A stretch of DNA of 64,000 nucleotides. It comes from an uncultured Actinomycetes bacterium. GTDB taxonomy: Bacteria; Actinomycetota; UBA4738; HRBIN12. Location of the stretch: contig OY969934.1 in the NCBI GenBank assembly GCA_963704725.1, positions 2,208,001 to 2,272,000 of the forward strand, read 5' to 3'. This document shows, piece by piece, positions 35,053 through 43,178 of this stretch (position 1 is its first letter; every line of letters begins with the position of its first letter). Position numbers and translations under genes: made by a program. The notes under the pieces are model-generated. The model saw only the letters and a program-made list of their open reading frames with translations. It was not told the DNA's origin and made no database searches.

Positions 35053-35114
35053 GCAACCGCACGGTTGCCTCTCGTGAACGTCGGACGTAGGCTGTGACGC
35101 AACCTCATGGTTGC
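35053..35114. promoter_or_regulatory. Two palindromic operators GCAACC-N4-GGTTGC in a divergent promoter region
   Basis: GCAACCGCACGGTTGC (35053-35068) and GCAACCTCATGGTTGC (35099-35114). Confidence 0.75.
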
Positions 35115-35139
35115 ATCCTAACCCCGAAGGAGGAGCGCG

Positions 35140-35766
35140 ATGGCCGGCACGCTGGTTCCCACGGTGATCGAGGAGACGATGCGGGGCGAGCGCGCCTTCG
35201 ACATCTACTCGCGGCTGCTCCGGGAACGGATCGTGTTCCTGGGCGAGGAGATCGACGACGCGGTCGCGAACACGATCGTGGCGCAGCTCCTGTTCCTGGA
35301 CTCGGTCGAGCCCGGCAAGGACGTCGCGCTGTACGTGAACAGCCCGGGCGGATCCTCGACGGCCCTGTTCGCGATCTACGACACGATGCAGTTCCTCAAG
35401 TCCGACGTGGCCACGTACTGCCTGGGGCAGGCGGCCTCCGCCGCCGCCGTCATCCTGGCCTCGGGAACGCCGGGCAAGCGGTACGCGCTGCCGAACTCCC
35501 GCATCCTGCTTCACCAGCCGCACGGCGGGGTCCAGGGCCAGTCCGCCGACATCGAGATCCACGCCAAGGAGATCGCCCGGCAGCGCCGGCGCGTCGAGGA
35601 GCTCCTCGCGGAGCACACGGGGAAGTCGGCCGAGCAGATCCACGACGACACGGAGCGGGACTTCATCCTCCGACCCGAGGAGGCGCTCGCCTACGGCGTC
35701 GTCGACGAGGTCGTCGTGCGGCGCACGCTGATCGGGGTTCCCGAGCCGGTGGCGCTGCGCCCCTAA
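35140..35766 (+). CDS. clpP: ATP-dependent Clp protease proteolytic subunit (orphan copy)
   Basis: [28 protein letters not shown] (Ser), LHQP (His), DTERD (Asp); AAGGAGG RBS. Confidence 0.96.
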   Translation: MAGTLVPTVIEETMRGERAFDIYSRLLRERIVFLGEEIDDAVANTIVAQLLFLDSVEPGKDVALYVNSPGGSSTALFAIYDTMQFLKSDVATYCLGQAASAAAVILASGTPGKRYALPNSRILLHQPHGGVQGQSADIEIHAKEIARQRRRVEELLAEHTGKSAEQIHDDTERDFILRPEEALAYGVVDEVVVRRTLIGVPEPVALRP

Positions 35767-36056
35767 CCCGTCACGGGAATCACGAGGACCAGGCCCGGCA
35801 CGAGCGCGCCGGCTTCGACCCGGTTGGCCTCGGAGATCGCGTCCACCACCGACCGCGGGTCCTCCCCCGGGGCCACGCGACGGGCGATCGACCACAGGGT
35901 GTCGCCCGGATGCACCAGATACGTCGAGTGGGAGACCGGCCGGGGCGTCTCGTCCCGGCCGAGCGCCTCCGCCACGGGCCCGACCCACAGCCCCGCCGCC
36001 AGGGCGGCGACGAGCGTCAGGGTCAGCCGACGGCGGCGAACGCGTGTTCGACTCAC
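35763..36056 (-). CDS. Membrane-anchored LysM protein (YneA/ChiZ-like SOS division inhibitor candidate)
   Basis: Basic N-terminus, TM segment, Lys[25 protein letters not shown]; divergent from lexA. Confidence 0.88.
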   Translation of the reverse strand: MSRTRVRRRRLTLTLVAALAAGLWVGPVAEALGRDETPRPVSHSTYLVHPGDTLWSIARRVAPGEDPRSVVDAISEANRVEAGALVPGLVLVIPVTG

Positions 36057-36139
36057 GTGGGTATCCTACCGAACGCACGTTCGAGGTCAAGGGTCGGACC
36101 GAACATATGTTTGAACGCCTCCCGCCGTCGTGCTACGGT
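36037..36139. promoter_or_regulatory. Three LexA (SOS) boxes and divergent promoters
   Basis: CGAACGCGTGTTCG 36037, CGAACGCACGTTCG 36070, CGAACATATGTTTG 36100; minus TTGACC-N16-TAGGAT; plus TTGAAC-N17-TACGGT. Confidence 0.9.
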
Positions 36140-36165
36140 CCCCGAGCCTAGGAGGGGGCACCGAC

Positions 36166-36870
36166 ATGACTTCGACGGGACGGACTTCCACGGAACGGAC
36201 TTCCAGGGGACCGACCTCCACGGGACGGACCTCGACCGGGTCACCACGGACGCCGAGGATCGAGCCGAACCTCACGCCGAGGCAGCGCAGGATCGTCGAC
36301 TTCATCGGAGAGACCGTGCGCGAGCGGGGATACCCGCCGACGGTTCGGGAGATCGGCGAGGCCGTGGGGCTCACCTCCTCCTCGAGCGTGCATGCGCAGA
36401 TCGCGAACCTGGAGCGCCTCGGGCTCCTGCACAAGGACCCCACCAAGCCGCGAGCGATGACGCTGTCCGAGCCCAAGGTCGAGGGGGCGGTCGTGCCCCT
36501 TCTCGGGCGGATCGCCGCCGGGGCGCCGGTCCTGGCCGTCGAGCACGTCGAGGAGTACGTCACGGTCCCCATGGGATTCGTCGGGGGGGCCGACCACTTC
36601 GCGCTCCGGGTGCGGGGCGACTCGATGATCGGCGCCGGGATCCTGGACGGCGACCTGGTCATCGTCCGTGCCGGGCAGAGCGCCGAGGACGGGGACGTCG
36701 TCGCCGCGCTCCTGCCCGGGCCCGCCGAGGACGAGGCCACGGTCAAGCGCCTCAAACGATCGCGGAACCGGATCCTGCTTGTCCCCGAGAACCCCGCGCT
36801 CGAACCGTTCGAGATGGACCCGGAGGGGCGGATCCTGGGCACGGTGGTGGCCGTCCTGCGGAAGCTCTAG
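36166..36870 (+). CDS. lexA: SOS repressor LexA
   Basis: GYPPTVREIGEAVGL.S.SSVH, cleavage site GRIAAG, Ser in GDSM, Lys in TVKR. Confidence 0.97.
   Translation: MTSTGRTSTERTSRGPTSTGRTSTGSPRTPRIEPNLTPRQRRIVDFIGETVRERGYPPTVREIGEAVGLTSSSSVHAQIANLERLGLLHKDPTKPRAMTLSEPKVEGAVVPLLGRIAAGAPVLAVEHVEEYVTVPMGFVGGADHFALRVRGDSMIGAGILDGDLVIVRAGQSAEDGDVVAALLPGPAEDEATVKRLKRSRNRILLVPENPALEPFEMDPEGRILGTVVAVLRKL
36169..36243 (+). repeat. Five 15-bp tandem repeats in the lexA 5' end
   Basis: Units of the ACTTCCACGGGACGG type, encoding TSTGR-TSTER-TSRGP-TSTGR-TSTGS. Confidence 0.85.
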
Positions 36871-36901
36871 GCTCCGCCAGTCGCCGCCACCGGAGGGCCG
36901 C

Positions 36902-37894
36902 ATGTCCGACGTCCAGCCGTCCGCTCCCGCGCTCGAGCGTCAGATCGCCGCGCAACCCGACGAGCTCGCCCGCCTGCTCGACCAGCCCATCCCGCACTCG
37001 ACCATCGAGGGTCTTCGCCAGGCCCATCGGATCTGGCTCGTCGGGACGGGCACCAGCCAGCACGCCGCCGAGCTCGGCGCGATGATGCTGCACGAGGCGG
37101 GCCGCGGCGCGCACGCGATGAGCTCGATGCACTTCGTGAACTGGGCCCCGCCCATCGACCCGGCGGACGCCGTAATCCTGATCAGCCACAACGCCGGCAC
37201 CGAGACCTCCTACGCCGGCGCGGCATGGACGATCGCGATCCATGCGGGGCTCGGGGTCATCCCCATCACGCGGCGGGGCGGCCAGATGCACGGCGCGATC
37301 CAGACGGTCGACAAGGAGACCTCGCACACCTACTCCGTGAGCTACACGGCGGCGCTCCTGGTCCTGGCACGGCTCGCCCTCGCGCTGGGGGCCGACGGCA
37401 TCGACGCCGAGATGCTGGGACGCGTCCCGGACGCCGTCCGGACGGCGATCGCCGACCCCGGGACCGACGCCTTCGAGCCGCCGGGCCGCCTCCTCGTCCT
37501 GACCGGTGAGGGCCCCTCCTCGGTGACCGCGCGCGAGGGCGCGCTCAAGGTCCGGGAGGCCTCCCGCTTCCCCTGTGAGGGCTACGACGTCGAGTACCTC
37601 CTCCACGGCCATGCCGTACCGCTCTCGCCTGAGGACCGCCTGGTCGCGCTGACGCCGCCGGACACCGACGGCCTCGTGGCCGCCGTGGCGGGTGCCGCCG
37701 AGGCCGCGGGAGTGCCGGTGACCCGGGTCCTCGAGCCGGCGGACCTCCCGCCGCTGCTCGCCCAGATCCCCCTGGTGGTGCGGCTCCAGATCCTGGCGCT
37801 GCGGTTCGCCAAGGCGCGAGGGTTCGACCCCGACGTCGCGATCGAGGGGCCGTGGGCCGACGAGCGGCTGTGGGCGATCGGCTCCCCCCGGTAG
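36902..37894 (+). CDS. SIS-domain sugar isomerase/deaminase (GlmS isomerase-domain-like)
   Basis: QIAAQPDEL, LVGTGTSQHAA, EGALKVRE, LLHGH, QILAL..A.ARGFDPD. Confidence 0.85.
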   Translation: MSDVQPSAPALERQIAAQPDELARLLDQPIPHSTIEGLRQAHRIWLVGTGTSQHAAELGAMMLHEAGRGAHAMSSMHFVNWAPPIDPADAVILISHNAGTETSYAGAAWTIAIHAGLGVIPITRRGGQMHGAIQTVDKETSHTYSVSYTAALLVLARLALALGADGIDAEMLGRVPDAVRTAIADPGTDAFEPPGRLLVLTGEGPSSVTAREGALKVREASRFPCEGYDVEYLLHGHAVPLSPEDRLVALTPPDTDGLVAAVAGAAEAAGVPVTRVLEPADLPPLLAQIPLVVRLQILALRFAKARGFDPDVAIEGPWADERLWAIGSPR

Positions 37895-37905
37895 CCGTCC
37901 CGGCG

Positions 37906-38487
37906 TCAGAGGTAGCCGTGCTTCAACAGCCGATCCGCACCCTGGTCGAACCGCTCGGGCGTCACCACGATGAACCCCAGCGTGTCCGCGACGCGGTCGA
38001 TGAGGTTGAAGCAGAAGGCCACGAAGAGCGCGTCCACCACACCCTCGACGCCCACCCCGGCCGAGAGCACCGGCTGCACGTCGCTCGGCCGGACCTCGCC
38101 CGGGCGAAGCGTCACGGTGTCCAGGAGCGCCAACGTCGCGCGAACGCGTTCGGATACGGGGGCCGTCCTCCAGTCCCGAAGGACGGCGGCGGTCTCCTGC
38201 TTCCCGAAGCTCTTCGACGCGACCGCGCCGTGGGCCCCCGTTCAGAACTCGCAGCGGTTGCGCTCGGAGACGAAGGCGGCGAACAGCTCCCGCTCGCCGA
38301 CCGTCCACTCCGAGGGACCGCGCATGACCTGCTGGATCAGCTGGTTGAAGGGGCTGCCGAAGAACGACGGCCGGTACGAGAGCGTCTTCACGACGTCGAC
38401 CGGGGGAGCCCCCGACAGGAGCCGGATGACGGCGAACTTCGCCTTCGCCCCGGCCCCCCGGCCCCGGGCGATCGCCTCGAGGCGCAT
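37906..38487 (-). CDS. AhpD/carboxymuconolactone decarboxylase-like peroxidase-related protein with in-frame TGA (putative selenocysteine, C79-x-x-U82), 193 aa
   Basis: ORFs 38242..38487 and 37906..38133 are in the same frame, joined by one TGA (38242-38244) in ERELFAAFVSERNRCEF*TGAH; C-terminal half has FNLIDRVADTLG. Confidence 0.8.
38206..38241 (-). promoter_or_regulatory. Putative bacterial SECIS element
   Basis: After UGA: 11 nt, then CGGCGC-GGUC-GCGUCG hairpin; lower stem GGGGC/GCUUC. Confidence 0.6.
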
Positions 38488-38807
38488 CAGGCCTCTTCCT
38501 CGGCCTCGCCGACGGCCCGGAGGCCGGCCTGCAGCCGCTCCAGCGCGGCGCCGTAGGCCGCCGCCACCGTCAGCTCGAACACGTGGTCCTGGTCCGCCCC
38601 GGCCGCACGGAGGCCGGCGACGTCGTCGTCGGTGATCCGGTAGGCGTGCCGGTGGATCGTGTCGACGAACGCCGTGTAGGGCTCCGGCACCCCCTCGTTG
38701 CGAGCGGCCGAGCGCCGGACCTCGGGCTCGAGCACGCCGGGACTCTCCAGGATCGCCTCGCCGAGCGCCTCGAGCAGCGGGCGGTGGAGGTCGGTGGCGT
38801 CGGTCAT
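38487..38807 (-). CDS. Small CMD/AhpD-like partner protein without Cys
   Basis: AYRITDDDVAGLRAAG..QDHVFELTVAAAYGA helical pattern; TGATG coupling to the UGA-containing gene. Confidence 0.75.
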   Translation of the reverse strand: MTDATDLHRPLLEALGEAILESPGVLEPEVRRSAARNEGVPEPYTAFVDTIHRHAYRITDDDVAGLRAAGADQDHVFELTVAAAYGAALERLQAGLRAVGEAEEEA

Positions 38808-38874
38808 CGGGACATCGCGCGGAGTATCTCCGCCCGCGGCAGGCATGGCAACCGCGGGAGGTCTGTCGGCGGAG

Positions 38875-40236
38875 TCAGCGCTCGGCGGGCGCGCCCCGGT
38901 CGGCCGGCGAGGTCTCGTCCTGCGCGAGATCCCTCACCGCCGCGTGCACGCGCGCGCCCACCCGGGCCCGAACGAGGATCCCGGTCTCGCACGCCGTCTC
39001 CGAGAGCACCTCGGCCTCGCGGTGCAGGAGCGCTGTGACGTCCTCCCGCCCGTAGGGCACGAGCAGCGAGACCTCGATGGGGAACCGCGGCAACGCGTCC
39101 TCGACCCGGTCCCTGAGCCCCTCGAGCCCCTCCCCGGTGACGGCCGAGATCTGTGCGGCGTCGCCGTCGAACCGGTTCCTCAGTCGCTCGCGATCGGGCT
39201 GGGAGAGCCGGTCGACCTTGTTCAGGGCCAGCACCTCCGGGATCCGGGAGGCCCCGATCTCGTGCAGCACGGTGCGAACGGCCTCGATCTGCTGCGGGAG
39301 CTCCGGCGAGGACGCGTCGGCGACGTGGAGGATGAGCGTGGCCCGCGCCACCTCCTCCAGCGTCGAGCGGAACGCCTCGACGAGATCGTGCGGGAGCTTG
39401 CTCACGAACCCCACGGTGTCGGAGAGCGTCGCGGCGCGGCCGCCGGGGAGCTCGATCCGCCGGACGGTCGGGTCGAGCGTGGCGAAGAGCTGATCGGCCA
39501 CCACGACGTCCGAGCCGGTGAGCGCGTTCATGAGCGTGGACTTCCCGGCGTTCGTGTACCCGGCGATGGCGATCTGGGGGATCCCCGATCGCTCGCGGCT
39601 CGACCGCTTCACGTCGCGGGTGCGGGAGAGGTCCTTGAGATCCTTGCGCAGCTTGGAGATCCGCCGCTTGATGTGCTGGCGGTCGATCTCGAGCTTGGTC
39701 TCGCCGGGGCCGCGCCGGGTGCCGATGCCGCCGCCCATGCGGCTCATGGCCTCGCCCCACCCTCGCAGGCGCGGCAACAGGTAGTTGAGCTGCGCCAGCT
39801 CGACCTGCGCCTTGCCCTCCCGGCTCCGCGCGTGCAACGCGAAGATGTCCAGGATCAGCGCCGTGCGGTCGATGACCTTGACCTTGAGCTTCTCCTCCAG
39901 GTTGCGGAGCTGGCCCGGCGTGAGCTCGGAGTCCAAGATCACGGCCTCGGCGCCGGCGCGATGGACCTCGCGGTGGATCTCCTCGAGCTTGCCCTTGCCG
40001 ACGAAGGTCGCGGGGTCGGGGTCCTGGCGCGTCTGCAGGACGCGGGCCACGGTCTCGGCCCCCGCCGAGTCGGCCAGCGCCGCCAGCTCGTCGAGGTCCG
40101 ACTCCTCGATCCCCCGACCCACGCCGACGAGCACGGCGCGCTCCTGCACCCGTGGCCGCCACGTGGCGGCGAGCGGCGACTCGAGCGTCGTGGTTTCGTG
40201 AACGCCCCGGGGTCGCTTCCGTCCGTTCTGCGACAT
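38875..40236 (-). CDS. hflX: Ribosome-splitting GTPase HflX
   Basis: LILDIFALHA.SREGKAQVELAQ, GPGETKLE, GYTNAGKS, LFATLDPT, DTVGF, NKVD. Confidence 0.97.
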   Translation of the reverse strand: MSQNGRKRPRGVHETTTLESPLAATWRPRVQERAVLVGVGRGIEESDLDELAALADSAGAETVARVLQTRQDPDPATFVGKGKLEEIHREVHRAGAEAVILDSELTPGQLRNLEEKLKVKVIDRTALILDIFALHARSREGKAQVELAQLNYLLPRLRGWGEAMSRMGGGIGTRRGPGETKLEIDRQHIKRRISKLRKDLKDLSRTRDVKRSSRERSGIPQIAIAGYTNAGKSTLMNALTGSDVVVADQLFATLDPTVRRIELPGGRAATLSDTVGFVSKLPHDLVEAFRSTLEEVARATLILHVADASSPELPQQIEAVRTVLHEIGASRIPEVLALNKVDRLSQPDRERLRNRFDGDAAQISAVTGEGLEGLRDRVEDALPRFPIEVSLLVPYGREDVTALLHREAEVLSETACETGILVRARVGARVHAAVRDLAQDETSPADRGAPAER

Positions 40237-41390
40237 CAGGAGAGCATGGCGCGAAGACGCGTCATCGCCTCGGCCAGGCGGTCGTCCGGCACGGTCAGCG
40301 ACAGGCGGACGTAGCCCTCGCCGAGGCTGCCGTAGCCGTTCCCGGGCGCGACGAACACGCCCGCCTCGTCGAGCAGCCGATCGGCGAACGACACCGAGGT
40401 CTCGCCCTCGGGGACCGGCGCCCACACGTAGCACGAGCCGAGCGGCGGCTTGAGCGACCACCCGAGGTCGTTCAGCGTCCCGACGACGACGTCGCGCCGG
40501 CGCCGGTACGTGGCGCGCAGCTCGTCCAGGTGCTCCGGCGGGCCGTCGAGGGCGGCGATCGCGGCTCGCTGAACCGCCGTGAACTGCCCGCTGTCCAGGT
40601 TGGTCTTCACGACGCCGAGCGCCCGGATGGCCTCGGCAGAGCCGGCCGCCCAGCCGATCCTCCACCCCGTCATGTTGTAGAGCTTCGACGCCGAGCCGAA
40701 CTCGAGCGCGACGTCCTTCGCCCCCGGCACCTGGAGCACCGACGGCGCCACGAACCCGTCGAACGTGATCTCCGAGTACGCCGCGTCGTGCAAGAGGAGC
40801 AGGCCGTGGTCGCGGCAGAACGCCACGGCCTCCTCGAACGTGGTGAGCTCGGCCACGGCCGCCGTCGGATTGGACGGGTAGTTGAGCCACATCGTCCTCG
40901 TGCGTTCGCCGACCGGTGCCGCACCGAAGTCGGGCAGGAAGCCGTCCTCGGCCCGCAGCGGGAGCGAGATCGGGACGCCCCCGGCGAGCCGGGCGGACAC
41001 GCCGTAGACGGGGTAGCCGGGGTCGGCCACGAGCGACTCGTCGCCGGGGTCCACGTAGGCCAGGGCGATGTGGCCGATCCCCTCCTTCGACCCGATGAGC
41101 GCCATGACCTCGGTCTCCGGGTCGAGCTCGACGCCGAACCGCCGCCCGTAGAAGGCGGCCACGGCCGTGCGGTATTCGATCGAGCCCCAGTAGCTGGGGT
41201 ACCGGTGCGTGGACGGGTCCGCCACCGCCTCGCGCATCGCCTCGACCACGTGGCGGGGGGTGGGCAGGTCGGGATCGCCCACGCCGAGCGAGATCACGTC
41301 GACGCCCTGGGCCCGCTTGGCCGAGACCTTCCGGTCGAGCTCGGCGAACAGGTAGGGCGGCAGCGACTCGATCCGCCGGGCCACCCTCAC
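40236..41390 (-). CDS. dapL: LL-diaminopimelate aminotransferase (class I/II PLP enzyme)
   Basis: LPPYLFAEL, ISLGVGDPDLPTP, IGSKEGIGH, NYPSNPT, HDAAYSE, SKLYNMTGWRIG, KTNLDSG; coupled downstream of dapF. Confidence 0.8.
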   Translation of the reverse strand: MRVARRIESLPPYLFAELDRKVSAKRAQGVDVISLGVGDPDLPTPRHVVEAMREAVADPSTHRYPSYWGSIEYRTAVAAFYGRRFGVELDPETEVMALIGSKEGIGHIALAYVDPGDESLVADPGYPVYGVSARLAGGVPISLPLRAEDGFLPDFGAAPVGERTRTMWLNYPSNPTAAVAELTTFEEAVAFCRDHGLLLLHDAAYSEITFDGFVAPSVLQVPGAKDVALEFGSASKLYNMTGWRIGWAAGSAEAIRALGVVKTNLDSGQFTAVQRAAIAALDGPPEHLDELRATYRRRRDVVVGTLNDLGWSLKPPLGSCYVWAPVPEGETSVSFADRLLDEAGVFVAPGNGYGSLGEGYVRLSLTVPDDRLAEAMTRLRAMLS

Positions 41391-42262
41391 GCGCTCACCC
41401 CGCGCGCGGCGAGCCACTTCTCGTCGACCGTGGCCTCGAAGACGCGCTCGGCGGGGCCGGTGAGCAGGACCTCGACGTCGGTCCGCTCGACCTCCAGGGT
41501 CCCTCCGGGGAAGCGCACCTCGGCCCGGGCCGGAACCAACCCGGCCTCGTTCGCCGCGACGAGCGCGGCGCACGCCCCCGTGCCGCACGCCATCGTCTCC
41601 CCCGAGCCTCGCTCCCACACGCGCGCCCGAACCGCGCCGTCCTCGATCGAGACGAACTCCACGTTCGTCTTCTCGGGGAACCGCTCGTCGCGCTCGATCC
41701 GGGGACCGATCGTGCGCACGTCGATCTCGGCCGGATCCCGCTCGACGAACAGGACGAGGTGCGGGTTGCCCATGGACAGGGCGCTCGCCTTGAACGCACG
41801 CCCGTCCACCTCGAACGGCTCGGTGAGGAACGGCGCGTCGGGGGGTCCGAGCATGGGGATCTCGCCCCGGGCGAAGGCGGGTGGGCCCATGCCGACCGTG
41901 ACGGCCCTTACCGACCCGTCCGCGACCCCGAGCGAGAGGTGCTTCGTGCCGGCTCGGGTCCCCACCTCGATCTCGGTGGCCGTCGTGTGGCCGCGGTCGA
42001 ACACGAGCTTGCCGAGGCACCGCACGCCGTTGCCGCACATCTCCGCCAGCGAGCCGTCGGAGTTGCGGTAGTCCATGAAGAAGTCGGCGCCGTCCTGTTG
42101 CCCGCGGGTCACGCGGATCACGCCGTCGCCGCCGACCCCCCGGTGCCGGTCACACAGCGCGGTCACGAGCGCGGGGTCGAGCGGACGCTCGTCGTCGAGG
42201 TCCTCGACCATGACGAAGTCGTTGCCGGTCCCGTGGTACTTCCAGATCCTCAGCTCACCCAC
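41387..42262 (-). CDS. dapF: Diaminopimelate epimerase
   Basis: KYHGTGNDF, EMCGNG, MGNPH, ERGSGETMACGTG. Confidence 0.97.
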   Translation of the reverse strand: MGELRIWKYHGTGNDFVMVEDLDDERPLDPALVTALCDRHRGVGGDGVIRVTRGQQDGADFFMDYRNSDGSLAEMCGNGVRCLGKLVFDRGHTTATEIEVGTRAGTKHLSLGVADGSVRAVTVGMGPPAFARGEIPMLGPPDAPFLTEPFEVDGRAFKASALSMGNPHLVLFVERDPAEIDVRTIGPRIERDERFPEKTNVEFVSIEDGAVRARVWERGSGETMACGTGACAALVAANEAGLVPARAEVRFPGGTLEVERTDVEVLLTGPAERVFEATVDEKWLAARGVSA

Positions 42263-43178
42263 GCAGGTACTCCGCGATCTCCTCGACGTGCGCCACCGCG
42301 CCGGCCTCCGCCGCTTCGAACCACCGGACCCGGGGGTCGCGCCGGAGGAACGACCGCTGGCGGCGCGCCAGCGCCTTCGTTCGCCGCACCGTGCCCGCGA
42401 CCGCCTCCTCCAGCGTCAGCTCGCCGGCCACGTGCCTGGCGAACTCAGCGTACCCGATGGCCTTCGACGAGGTGAGCCATCCGCCGAAGCCGCGCTCGAC
42501 CAGTCCCCGGACCTCCTCGAGCAGCCCCGCGTCGAGCATGTGCAGGACGCGCTCCTCGATCCGCTGGGCCAGCGGACCGGCGGTGACGTGGATCCCGGCC
42601 GCCCGGAGCCGCCCCCGCTCGTACCGCCCCCAGGCCTCGGCGAAGCTCGAGAACGGCCGGCCCGTGAGGTCGGCGACCTCGAGGGCGCGCACCACCCGGC
42701 GGACGTTGGCGGGCTCGATCCTGGCGGCCGCGGCGGGATCGCTCTCGGCGAGGCGCTCGTACATCGAGGCGGCGCCCACCCGCGCCGCCTCGGCCTCGAG
42801 CGCCGCCCGGGTCGCGGGGTCCGTCCCGGGGAAGGTGAGGTCGTCGGCGACGGCCCGCAGGTACAGGACGGTGCCGCCCGACAGGAGCACCTCGCGGCCT
42901 CGAGCCCGGATCCCGGCGATCGCCTCGCGGCAGAGCTCCTGGTATCGCGCCACGCTGAACGGCTCCGAGGGATCGGCCACGTCGATGAGGTGGTGCGGGA
43001 CGCGGGCGCGATCCTGCGGCGACGGCTTGGCCGTGCCGACGTCCATCCCCCGGTACACGAGCATCGAGTCGACCGACACGATCTCGGCGCCCAGCCGCTC
43101 GGCCACCTCGAGCGATGCCTCCGACTTCCCCGACGCCGTCGGCCCGACGAGCGCGAGGAACGGCCCGTCCGCGCTCAC
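42255..43178 (-). CDS. miaA: tRNA dimethylallyltransferase
   Basis: GPTASGKS, DSMLVYRGMDVGTAKP, PHHLID, RRVVRALEV. Confidence 0.96.
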   Translation of the reverse strand: MSADGPFLALVGPTASGKSEASLEVAERLGAEIVSVDSMLVYRGMDVGTAKPSPQDRARVPHHLIDVADPSEPFSVARYQELCREAIAGIRARGREVLLSGGTVLYLRAVADDLTFPGTDPATRAALEAEAARVGAASMYERLAESDPAAAARIEPANVRRVVRALEVADLTGRPFSSFAEAWGRYERGRLRAAGIHVTAGPLAQRIEERVLHMLDAGLLEEVRGLVERGFGGWLTSSKAIGYAEFARHVAGELTLEEAVAGTVRRTKALARRQRSFLRRDPRVRWFEAAEAGAVAHVEEIAEYLRG

